From positions 42,476,880 through 42,513,546 of the forward strand of contig NC_068989.1 in NCBI RefSeq assembly GCF_001194135.2: a stretch of 36,667 nt of DNA. The letters run 5' to 3'. Position 1 is the stretch's first letter. Every line of letters starts with the position of its first letter. This document shows, piece by piece, positions 11,925 to 22,196 of the stretch. The notes beneath the pieces were generated by a model. It worked only from the letters and a program-made list of their open reading frames with translations, was not told the origin of the DNA and did not search any database. Made by a program: the position numbers and the translations under genes. Source of the stretch: Octopus bimaculoides. Its lineage: Eukaryota.

Positions 11925-11995
11925 AATTTCCGCGACCCCAGCGTTTCGCTTTGTGACCTCATTTGGGATCGCGACCCATAGTTTAAGAAGCGCTT
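11925..11995. mobile_element. hAT Charlie-type terminal sequence
   Basis: cgcgacccc...gggatcgcgacccatagtttaagaagcgct resembles Charlie/Buster termini of the form GGTCGCGACCC..AGTTT.AGAA.C.CTG. The terminal G is mutated. Confidence 0.55.
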
Positions 11996-12974
11996 CTTTA
12001 AACTAACAGGAAGTGAACTTTAGAATGTTTATACCCCTCCATAACCACCACTAACAAAAACATTACTAACACCGCCACTATCTCTGTCACCGCCGCCATC
12101 ATCATTCAAAATTCAAACAAAGATAAGGCACTGTGAGTGTATGTGTGTGTGTGTGTGTGTGTGTGCATGTGTATGTATGCGCGTGTGCGTGTATGTGTGT
12201 ATTGCAGCTGCTCATCTCAACGAGCAACGTGGGTCTGTTCAAGTGTTCTAGCCAGGGGAAAGACACAACAACAACTTCTTCCTCTTTAGAAGTATAGGCC
12301 GGTTAGATAAGCTTCCAGGAACCTCGGTCACTTACCGCTCAAATATTTTAGCATTAAGTTTTCTTTTTTTTTTCTGTGCTCCGGCTGTTAGTCATTTATC
12401 GTTTATACTCTTTAACATGTAGCCTAAGATATTAGTTGTTTCTCCAACATACCTTTTCTTCGTTCACATCTCATACGCTAGTCACATCCCATTTGGTATT
12501 CATTAAGATATAGTCTTCAGTTAGTCTTCAGTAGACCGAAACCGTTCATGGTCTTAAGGTCAATCTGATGTTTAGAATTAAAACACGTTTAGTAATGCCG
12601 ATTGTTCTATTTGCTGACTCTCTTTGCGTTTCAAAGTTTCACTCTCTAAGGAGCTGTTTTAAATGGCCCCATTGAAGACAGATGTTACAGCTTTTCATAC
12701 TTACTCAATGTTCTAACATACGTAAGTGGGCATCGTTATTTTCGACAGATAAAATATATCGGGGTTTCTGTTAGTCAAGGTTGACCATGCGGCTCTGTAG
12801 GTTTGGGCGAATGAGTCAGAACAGATACGACAAGTCACCTTGCCTAATCCTCTAAAAGTTCTGCCAGCCTACTGCTTTGAATTTACTATTTTATATTGAC
12901 CCCAGAGAGAAGGAAAGGCAAAATTGACCTCGGCGTGAATTGAACTCAAATGGTAAAATAGTCATTCTGATTCG

Positions 12975-13148
12975 GTGCTTTGCGACGCTTCGTCCTTCTT
13001 TACGTTCTGAGTTCAAATTCTGCCGAGTTCGTCTTTGCCTTTCATTCTTTCGGTGTCGATAAAATAAGTACCAGTTTTAGTGATGGGGCTGATGTAATCG
13101 ACTTATCTCCTCCTTCGAAATTGCTGACCTTGTGCCAAAATTTGAAAC
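12975..13148 (+). mobile_element. Family 1 SINE (an opposite-strand fragment lies at about 12870-12950)
   Basis: acgttctgagttcaaattc...gcctttcattctttcggtgtcgataaaataagtaccag...ccttgtgccaaaatttgaaacc. Confidence 0.8.
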
Positions 13149-15220
13149 CAACATCTAATTAGGTTACCTATGAAGAAAACCAAACAATACCAAAGTAAAT
13201 GACCAGCACAATCTATGAATCCACAACCTATTTCCACGTTACAAGAATGAAGAACATCTCAGAGTAACGAGACTTAAATATAAGAAATTCACAACTAAGC
13301 ATAACATATGCGTATTCCGTTCAGCTGCCCAAACAGATATTAGTATGGTTTCGATACCTGGGCAGTACCATTCAATCCGGTAGTGTCCACAGCGTTAAAA
13401 ATATAAACACGGCTTGGGAATCCTCCAGCTTATTACTACAAGAAACAATATAAGAGTAAATAAATAGTGATAACTTAAAGCTACATATTAATATTTGTAA
13501 CAAAGAACTAATTTCGAAAAGGACATTAAGGCAATACAACAAACATAGACAACTAGATTCTTTGTTTCACAGTCAGTATCACATCAGGAACAAGATATCA
13601 CATCCCAAAACAAGCCTAATAACGCCTCGGAACTATGCACTAGGAAAAGGACAATATCTCTGAAACAAGTTCATTACTATAAAATATATTAACGAAATAA
13701 ATTGCTTATTTTAATAATACAAGGGGACTAAAATTAAACTAAATTAAGAATATATAGATAATTAAAACAAATAACTCTTCTTGACTACAAAGAGACTAAA
13801 TAGTCCATTATAAACACACGGTGAACGAGCTTGTTACTTGGGAGCAATTCAAATTGCACTTAATTATAGAACGCATACACACATACATGTGTGTGTGTGT
13901 GGTTTAAATTGACAAATACACTTACAGACTATAAACATTGAACACTACTAAAACCAAAGACGCTACCGAAATAATTCTATCTACAGAGAAATTTAGAGAA
14001 ACCATACTCACGTTTTAACTCTACGATGCCAAACACTAAAATGTCGATATCTGTCAACAGGCGTAAATCAATCCTAACTAACGAACGGAAGTGAAGTTGT
14101 ACTCTATAGTGAATGACAACGACCCAGTGGAAATTACGTTGTACACAACAGGGAATAGCAACCAGACCCGTAAAACTGTAAACAGTGATTTTAACCTTAC
14201 CTAGTTGAAAAAAAGAAAAGAACACTCTTTACAGTTCCAGGCTCAACTATACATTCGAGATCATTCCATACTTTCTCAAAGCCTCACCTAAGCAACAGTT
14301 AAAACATTTAACCAACATTTTACTAATATAACTTTGTGTTTCCAAGCGAGTCTTTAACGTATTAACCTTTTCACTTTATATATACGTCCTTTCGTTTTGC
14401 GTGCGCGTGTGTAGGATGTTAACATTACAAAATGTCAACCCGCTGAACTTCTGGCTAGCACCTAGATATGAAACAACGTATCTTATTTTTACTGACCAAA
14501 CCAAGTTAATTTCAGGCTTCGATATATTGAATATATAAAAAGAAAATTGTGTACGTATACTCAAGTGATGAAATGTTAGTGTAACCATGATGCTCTGGTG
14601 ATATGATGAGCAACCTTTCTTTATTTGCATTGAATTGTGAATAAACAATTGCATTGTATAATGCAAAGCATGCATATTAATGCAAACACGCGAGCATAAT
14701 TTTATTTTACACTGAAATTATTACGACATGAAGACGGCTGCGAAACGGCCGTGATCCTAACAATGTCAACTGGTTAGAATAAATATATTCATCTCTCATA
14801 CCTTCCGACCTTTTATGGTTTATATTCATCATGAAGTAATTTCATTGATCAGATCTTCTGGATTTCAACTGCATAGACACACTGCTTTACTCTTCTCTGT
14901 ATTTGATAATAATGTGGTCTGATAGCTGAGTCCGTTTGAGGAGCTAGTATAAGTTATGGATTCTTTGAATATATAATGAGAAGCCATTATTTTAATACTG
15001 CTATTCAAACATTATCATTTATTTATCTAGTTCATCCGTCTAGTCATGGTTTCTTAGAGACATTCGTATACAGATAGCTGCAACAGGTGGAATATATAAA
15101 ATATGCAGAGCTAATTTTTATCGACATTTTAAATGTATTTAATATTTAAATCAATATTTCTAACCGAAAATTCGCTTCCATATGAAATTATTATTATTAT
15201 TATTTGTTGTTGTTGTTGTT

Positions 15221-15700
15221 AAGGTGATGAGCTAGCAGAATCGTTAGCATGCCGGGCGAAATGCTTAGCAGTATTTCGTCTGCCGCTACGTTCTGAATTC
15301 AAATTCCACCGAGGTCGACTTTGCCTTTCATCCTTTCGGGGTCGATAAATTAAGTACCAATCAAGTACTGGGGTCGATATGATCGATTGTTAATCAACTC
15401 ACAAAAATCCAGGCCTTGAGCCTATTATTAGTTGAAATGATAATTATTATTATTGAGGTTTTTATTGTTGTTGTTGTTGTTAAGGCGGCGCGCTGGCAGA
15501 ATCGTTAGTACGCTGGACGAAATGCTTAGCAGTATTTCGTTCGTCGCTACGTTTTGGGTTCAAATTCCACCGAGGTCGACTTTGCCTTTTATCCTAACGG
15601 GGTCGATAAAATAAGTATCAGTGAAACAATGGGGTCGATGTAATCGACTTATATCCTCCCCTGAAATAACTGGCCTTGTGCCAAAATTGTAAACCATTAC
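15221..15700 (+). mobile_element. Two head-to-tail family 1 SINEs (about 15221-15440 and 15482-15700)
   Basis: Each has the A box gct(a/g)gcagaatcg, the B box ttcaaattcc and the shared central domain. Each is preceded by (TTG)n. The two copies have different 3' tails. Confidence 0.9.
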
Positions 15701-16039
15701 TATTATTGCTGTTGTCATTGTCTATAGCAACTTGATCTTTGAAAAGATAAATGATTTATTGTTCATAAATCTCCGTTTGCAATAAGCCGTCAATTCTTCT
15801 GCTGGTTTTGTTGCAGAGACAGAGTGAAAGTTATAATATACACAAGTACTACTACTACTACTACTACTACTACTTGAGTCATATCACCAATCTGAGTAAA
15901 TTAAAAGAGTTTCTGGCGGAGAATCAAAGACTCCAATACAGGTTAGGGATTTAGTTTGCTAAAAGCTTCTGTTTTCAGACTGGGGAATAATAAAAAAAAA
16001 ACCCCATTAAAGTAAAGATGATTTAGCTTTTATGGTGCT

Positions 16040-16257
16040 CGCTGATCTCCGCAGTGTTCCGGAACGTTTCTTTTAGTCATTCTGAACGGCTCCATCCACT
16101 TCAAACCTGTTTCTAATTCGAGTGATGTTAAAGCGCGTAGGTGGATCCGTAGGAAACTTCCTTCTAAACTGTCTTTGTACTTCGACTCAATTTTGAAATT
16201 TCTAGTTGCATTTTAGGATAAATTTTCTTTGTTCAAACTTAGTCTAGCTCTTTTCAT
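16040..16257 (-). mobile_element. Tc1/mariner-superfamily transposase N-terminal (DUF4817-like HTH) relic
   Basis: The minus strand reads FEQRKFILKCN*KFQN*VEVQRQFRRKFPTDPPTRFNITRIRNRFEVDGAVQND*KKRSG, with in-frame stops. This frame is not in the ORF track. Confidence 0.75.
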
Positions 16258-18147
16258 TATTTGTAATGGGTTAAAAGTCAAAGGGAATGAATATTGACGT
16301 GTCAGGTGTGAATGCGTGGATACACGGTTTGAGAACANNNNNNNNNNNNNNNNNNNNNNNNNNNNNNNNNNNNNNNNNNNNNNNNNNNNNNNNNNNNNNN
16401 NNNNNNNNNNNNNNNNNNNNNNNNNNNNNNNNNNNNNNNNNNNNNNNNNNNNNNNNNNNNNNNNNNNNNNNNNNNNNNNNNNNNNNNNNNNNNNNNNNNN
16501 NNNNNNNNNNNNNNNNNNNNNNNNNNNNNNNNNNNNNNNNNNNNNNNNNNNNNNNNNNNNNNNNNNNNNNNNNNNNNNNNNNNNNNNNNNNNNNNNNNNN
16601 NNNNNAAAGGTGAACTGACAGTCATTAGAGCGTTGCGTTCTGTATTCAAATTCCGTAGAGGTTGACTTTAGCTTTCATTTTTTTCAATATTTGCAAATAG
16701 TCTTGTACTGGGGGCGATTCTTGTTTCTTTTTGAAAAAACGTCTGTTTTATGTCATCTGAGCTCCACCTGGAATGTATGCATCCATATATGTATTTATAC
16801 ACTGCATCCATATGTGTATTTAAACACTGCATCAACATACACACATATTAGTTATTTTTCGGAATGTATCACTGACAGTTCCACAGATGAGATTAATACA
16901 TTCAAGATGCCTACGTCTAAGATGTTAACATCAGTATGCTACGACAGAGGCTGCATGCTTTTGTTAGCATTTATACATCAATATATACACAGACACAAAC
17001 TCACAAACGCACGCACAGGTACACACACAATATTAGAAGTTATCTCTAATTGAGACAACGAGGTTTGTATATATATCTGACCGAAAATCTGACTGACTGC
17101 GTGTATTCGTTAAACCATTGTTTAAAGATAGTTGTGGTGATCCCGGTATAATTACTACCGATCCCATCACACAGGGTTAAAGCTGCGCTACATATATATA
17201 ACCATCATTGTGAAGCACAATATTCTAAGGGGGTAAGCTAAAGTTTTAAGGCTTATTTTCTTTCGAATTATATATATATATATNNNNNNNNNNNNNNNNN
17301 NNNNNNNNNNNNNNNNNNNNNNNNNNNNNNNNNNNNNNNNNNNNNNNNNNNNNNNNNNNNNNNNNNNNNNNNNNNNNNNNNNNNNNNNNNNNNNNNNNNN
17401 NNNNNNNNNNNNNNNNNNNNNNNNNNNNNNNNNNNNNNNNNNNNNNNNNNNNNNNNNNNNNNNNNNNNNNNNNNNNNNNNNNNNNNNNNNNNNNNNNNNN
17501 NNNNNNNNNNNNNNNNNNNNNNNNNNNNNNNNNNNNNNNNNNNNNNNNNNNNNNNNNNNNNNNNNNNNNNNNNNNNNNNNNNNNNNNNNNNNNNNNNNNN
17601 NNNNNNNNNNNNNNNNNNNNNNNNNNNNNNNNNNNNNNNNNNNNNNNNNNNNNNNNNNNNNNNNNNNNNNNNNNNNNNNNNNNNNNNNNNNNNNNNNNNN
17701 NNNNNNNNNNNNNNNNNNNNNNNNNNNNNNNNNNNNNNNNNNNNNNNNNNNNNNNNNNNNNNNNNNNNNNNNNNNNNNNNNNNNNNNNNNNNNNNNNNNN
17801 NNNNNNNNNNNNNNNNNNNNNNNNNNNNNNNNNNNNNNNNNNNNNNNNNNNNNNNNNNNNNNNNNNNNNNNNNNNNNNNNNNNNNNNNNNNNNNNNNNNN
17901 NNNNNNNNNNNNNNNNNNNNNNNNNNNNNNNNNNNNNNNNNNNNNNNNNNNNNNNNNNNNNNNNNNNNNNNNNNNNNNNNNNNNNNNNNNNNNNNNNNNN
18001 NNNNNNNNNNNNNNNNNNNNNNNNNNNNNNNNNNNNNNNNNNNNNNNNNNNNNNNNNNNNNNNNNNNNNNNNNNNNNNNNNNNNNNNNNNNNNNNNNNNN
18101 NNNNNNNNNNNNNNNNNNNNNNNNNNNNNNNNNNNNNNNNNATAGAA

Positions 18148-18203
18148 ATATATACGACGGGCTTCTTCAGTTTCTGTCTACCAAATCCACTCACAAGGCT
18201 TTA
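18148..18203 (-). mobile_element. Family 2 SINE fragment
   Basis: The reverse complement reads aaagccttgtgagtggatttggtagacagaaactgaagaagcccgtcgtatat. Confidence 0.75.
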
Positions 18204-18259
18204 GTAGGCGTGTATGCATATATATTTACATGAACATTTACGTGCGTGTATTGTGTATA

Positions 18260-18684
18260 TTCTTCTTCTTCTTCTTATTATTATTATTAGGTCCGTTGGT
18301 GCTTTTGAACGTCACATTGGGCAATCAGTAATCGCCAATTATCTCCGTCACTGGCCTACCGGTATACTTCTTCCCGGGTGATGTTCAGTCTGCGTAGGTC
18401 ATCTTTGAAGGTACTACGCTATGTCTTCCTTGGCCAGCCTCTTTTTCCTTTACCTTCCAGCGCATCCTGCCCATTGCTGTTTTGACAAGCCTCTCCTCTG
18501 GCAGTCTTATTATGCGGCCAGTCATTCTCATTTGTCGTTCGGTTACAATTACATGCAGGGGTCTTACTCTTGCTGTTCGGAGAATGGCTTCATTTGTCAC
18601 TCTGTCTCGATAAGTGATTCTTAAGATTTCTCTGAGGTACTGCTGATGAAATACGTCGAGTTGGCGTGTGAGTTTTGCTGTCAT
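18260..18684 (-). mobile_element. 5'-truncated RTE-type LINE 3' end
   Basis: The minus-strand translation MTAKLTRQLDVFHQQYLREILRITYRDRVTNEAILR...RLVKTAM matches the post-RT C-terminus of RTE-clade LINEs, with frameshifts. It ends in a (TAA)n(GAA)n tail, seen on + as ttcttcttc...ttattattag at 18260-18290. Confidence 0.85.
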
Positions 18685-19866
18685 TTATTGCTCGATCTTA
18701 TGAAAAAATTTGCGCCTAGTTGCATTATAAATGTTAGTTCTAAGTTGCACGAATTAGTTCGCGGTCCGCTGGATTTCACCCTTCACGGAGAAGGCTCAAA
18801 TGTTAAACAGAGCAAACTTGAGGGTTACGTCGTGAGTAAATTAGCAAATATCTACCATAGTCGATTCCTCAGTGAAGAACTTACTGGGACGAAAATCACC
18901 ATTAACGCCATGCACCCGGGTCTTACAGGAACAAACATAAATAACATAAATGTGAAGAATCTTGTTAAGCGTAATGTCAACATCATAATCCGTCGTTTGT
19001 CTGTTTGGTTAGGTCGTTCACCAGAAGATGCAGCAAAAATTTCGATTTATATAGCTGTCGACCCTGAATTGACCGAAGTAACTGGAGAGCATTTAGGAAA
19101 CGTTACTAAACAAACAAAAAGTTTGTCTAATTTAGCTCTTGACAAAGAGCAAGCGAAAAAGATGCGGGAAATCAGTTTCTTAGCTTGTAAAGACTATTAA
19201 GATTTGCCTGAAGATATAGCGAAGATAGAAATAGGAGCTTTGCAGAAAGACAGTGTACAAAAGAAAGAAGATGTTGATAAGGGATTTTCGTCGTCCAAAA
19301 CTGAAACGAAAACAAATTTAGAAAATAGTTGTTGGCATACATCTAAAAGCTCCAAGTAAATCAACAAAAGCAGAAGAAGAAGAATCATTGGTAGAAGCAG
19401 CAGCCACAACAGTCGCGGCGACAGCATCAATAGCGTCAGCTGAAACAGCAGCAGCAAATGTGACATCAGTAGAAGCAGCAGAAAGAATTAAAGCCGCAAC
19501 AGTTGAATCAACGAACGTGTCAGCTTCTGAAATACATACCATTTCTGAGTCAGATTTACCTACTCCACCTTGTTCTTTCACACCTTCACTCGACGCCATT
19601 AATAATAAAAACTTAGAGGAGATTGAAGACCTTTCTTCTAACGTTTGTTCTTCAACGAACGAGAGCAAAGAAACAGTACAGGAAGCGATTTACAAACCAC
19701 TGATTCTTCCAGAAATTACTGAGTCAAACGAACACTACCCAACACTAGATGGCGATACTAACTTGAATTGTGACACAACAAACGCCTGTTCGGATCGTAC
19801 TCGCCTTTAATTATCTTCGATAATGCTGAAAACTCGGATAACATTTATGAGGAAGAAACGTTTTAA
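18681..19866 (+). pseudogene. Disrupted tandem paralogue of the SDR terminal exon (copy A)
   Basis: Collinear with 30865-32095. It keeps INVSS, YVVSK and HPG. The acceptor and first 111 bp of the exon are replaced by LINE sequence. TTG>TAA occurs at 19198-19200 after ACKDY, a +1 A near 19349, and a 19-nt deletion near 19800. The ancestral stop survives at 19864-19866. Confidence 0.9.
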
Positions 19867-20353
19867 GTGAAAAGAACTTCAATTGGATGTGATTAGAAAA
19901 GGAAATATAAAAGAAACGTTTCTACAAAATTTCTTTCTTCTTTATTATTCTTTCTCGCCACTTAATCTAATATATTCCTCGCACAAGACACACATACATC
20001 TACGCACATATGTTTATACATACAAATATTCATAGACACTCATGTAATTTGAAATGTGCACTGGAAGGTGTGACATGTTACTAAATGTTTTGAGTAAGGT
20101 TGATAAGTTCTATACCCCAGCCCTAAGTCTGACGTAGTTTAACTTCGATTTATATGGCTGTCGACCCTGAATTGACCGAAGTATCTGGATCAGTAATATT
20201 TCTTAGTAATCTTAATTTATACCCGAACTAATATATATAATGACTATAAAGAAAGTTGACAATTTATTTTTTTATCTCTTTTTAAACCAAATAATACAAT
20301 ATCACATAAGCATTTTATAAGCATTTAATAATGTTTCTTTCTTTCCTGGAAAC

Positions 20354-20406
20354 TCGCCGCGTACTGGCAGCTGATGGCTCGCGGACCACCACTTTGGGCA
20401 GCATTG
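20354..20406. mobile_element. Short hAT Charlie-type terminal fragment
   Basis: cgcggaccaccactttgggcagcattg resembles the CCGCGGACCACACTTTGAGAACCACTG type of terminus. Confidence 0.4.
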
Positions 20407-20639
20407 GGTTAGATAACCTTTGTTATTACATAAGTCGATAGGCCCTGCTACACAGCTCAATGTATTCCACACACTTCGTCAACTTCGTCTTCTGTGTTTC
20501 TTACACACACACACATGCATACCTAAATAGCTGCATATATACACATGCAAATACAAACATTTATGCATACACATGTGTATATTATTATTTGCGCATTGGA
20601 TTGGCAGAATTCTTTTATTGTCAAACAAAGCGTCTTGCA

Positions 20640-21000
20640 ATATTTTTTTTAATTTCGAGTTCATGTTCTGTTGCGATTTCTTTTACCCCTCATCCACTTG
20701 AAAGTACAGGCCAAGTCTTGGGGCGGGGGTGGGGCGATGTAATCGCATAATCCTTTCCTTTCAACGTTGCTGGCCTTGTAACCAAATTAGAAATGAGTAT
20801 TATTAATTTGATTATTAAGGCGGTAGGCTGGCAGAAAATTGCTTAACAGCATTTTGTCCACCTTTATGTTCTAAACTCAAATACCGTCGAGGTCGACTTG
20901 GCTTCCATGCTTTCGGTGCTGATGAAATAAGTACCAGTCAAATACTAGGGTCGACGGAATCGATTCCCACCTTCCCTCAAAATCTGCTGGCCCTGTGTCA
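20640..21000 (+). mobile_element. Two decayed family 1 SINEs (about 20640-20790 and 20817-21000)
   Basis: aaggcggtaggctggcagaa...gaggtcgactt...aaataagtaccag, plus an upstream ggccttgtaaccaaattagaa tail. Confidence 0.65.
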
Positions 21001-21824
21001 TAGTATGATACCATTTTATGATGATTATTTTCCAACTCTCCTGATCTTACGTTTTGCACAGTCACTTTGTAGTTGCAGTTTTGCTTTTTCCTTATATTCA
21101 TAACAAAATAAATTCGTTTCCCAAGTATAAAAACAAATTTATTTTTCCTTCTTCAGAAAAGTATTTTCTGTCGTAATTTTATCATATTCTTGATTTAAAC
21201 GCAAGTCTACCTGATTCCATCGTCTTTTGCAATAAATTTTTTGAATGACGGGTTTCGTTTCCAGATAGAATAAGACAATAGTTCTTGGAATGAAAAATGA
21301 AATAAAGATTTTTTTCCATATGAATGAAGCTTCCAAATGAATGAAATGAAAAGTGGTAAATATTTATGACTGTCTTCAGTATAATAGAGAAATATGAAAA
21401 GCAGTCTGTTCCTAATCCCAATCGATATTGCATCCAAAATTCTATTGTGGTCTGTTGAGTGAGACAACTATTAAGATGTATTTCTTTTAAGCGTTTGCCT
21501 TCTCTGTTCAAATCCTGCCGTAAAATTTGACAATTTTTTAGCATGTAAAAATAGATATGCCAAGTGTATATGACCTTTTGCGCATGTGCAAATTCTTATT
21601 TAGTTAACTCTTAAATAATATTTTTGTGGAAATTCGCTGTTGATTAATTTGATGTCTTTCATAAAGGAAATCTGAGAATTCGTACCCTTGTTAACGATAA
21701 AATGGCCTGTTCATAACCAAGGACTTTAGTTTTCATTAACTCTTCCTTATTCAAAATTCTTTTCTGCAAATAATCATCATAAGATTTCACATTCTCTTTT
21801 CTCGATAGGTAGTGGAAATATTGT

Positions 21825-22196
21825 GGAGGCGCAATGGCCCAGTGGTTACGGCAGCGGACTCACGGTCATAGGATCGCGGTTTCGATTCCCAGACCGGGCG
21901 TTGTGAGTGTTTATTGAGCGAAAACACCTAAAGCTCCGGCAGGGGATGGTGGCGAACCCTGCTGTACTCTTTCATCACAACTTTCTCTCACTCTCCCTTC
22001 CTGTTTCTGTTGTGCCTGTAATTCAAAAGGTCAGCCTTGTCACGCTGAATATCCCCGAGAACTACGTTAAGAAGGGTACACGTGTCTGTGGAGTGCTCAG
22101 CCACTTGCACGTTAATTTCACGAGCAGGCTGTTCCGTTGATCGGATTAACTGGAACCCTCGACGTCGTAAGCGACGGAGTGCCAACAAACAACAAC
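21825..22196 (+). mobile_element. Full-length tRNA-derived SINE (family 3) with a 14-bp target-site duplication
   Basis: A box TGGCCCAGTGG, B box GGTTTCGATTCCC and an (AAC)n tail. AGTGGAAATATTGT occurs at 21811-21824 and 22197-22210. Confidence 0.9.

Noticed and set aside
14513-14535. tttcag/gcttcgatat resembling the SDR exon start ttccag/gcttgatat
   Set aside because: The similarity ends after about 12 nt and the translation is not SDR-like.
21139-21544. Minus-strand ORFs in the conserved downstream block (also 33099-33350)
   Set aside because: The reading frames are not conserved between the two paralogous copies, because indels shift the frame.
21825-21900. tRNA gene (also at 33918 and at the family 1 and 2 heads)
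   Set aside because: A and B boxes are present, but the sequence continues into a shared SINE body with a tail and target-site duplication. No convincing acceptor-stem closure was found.
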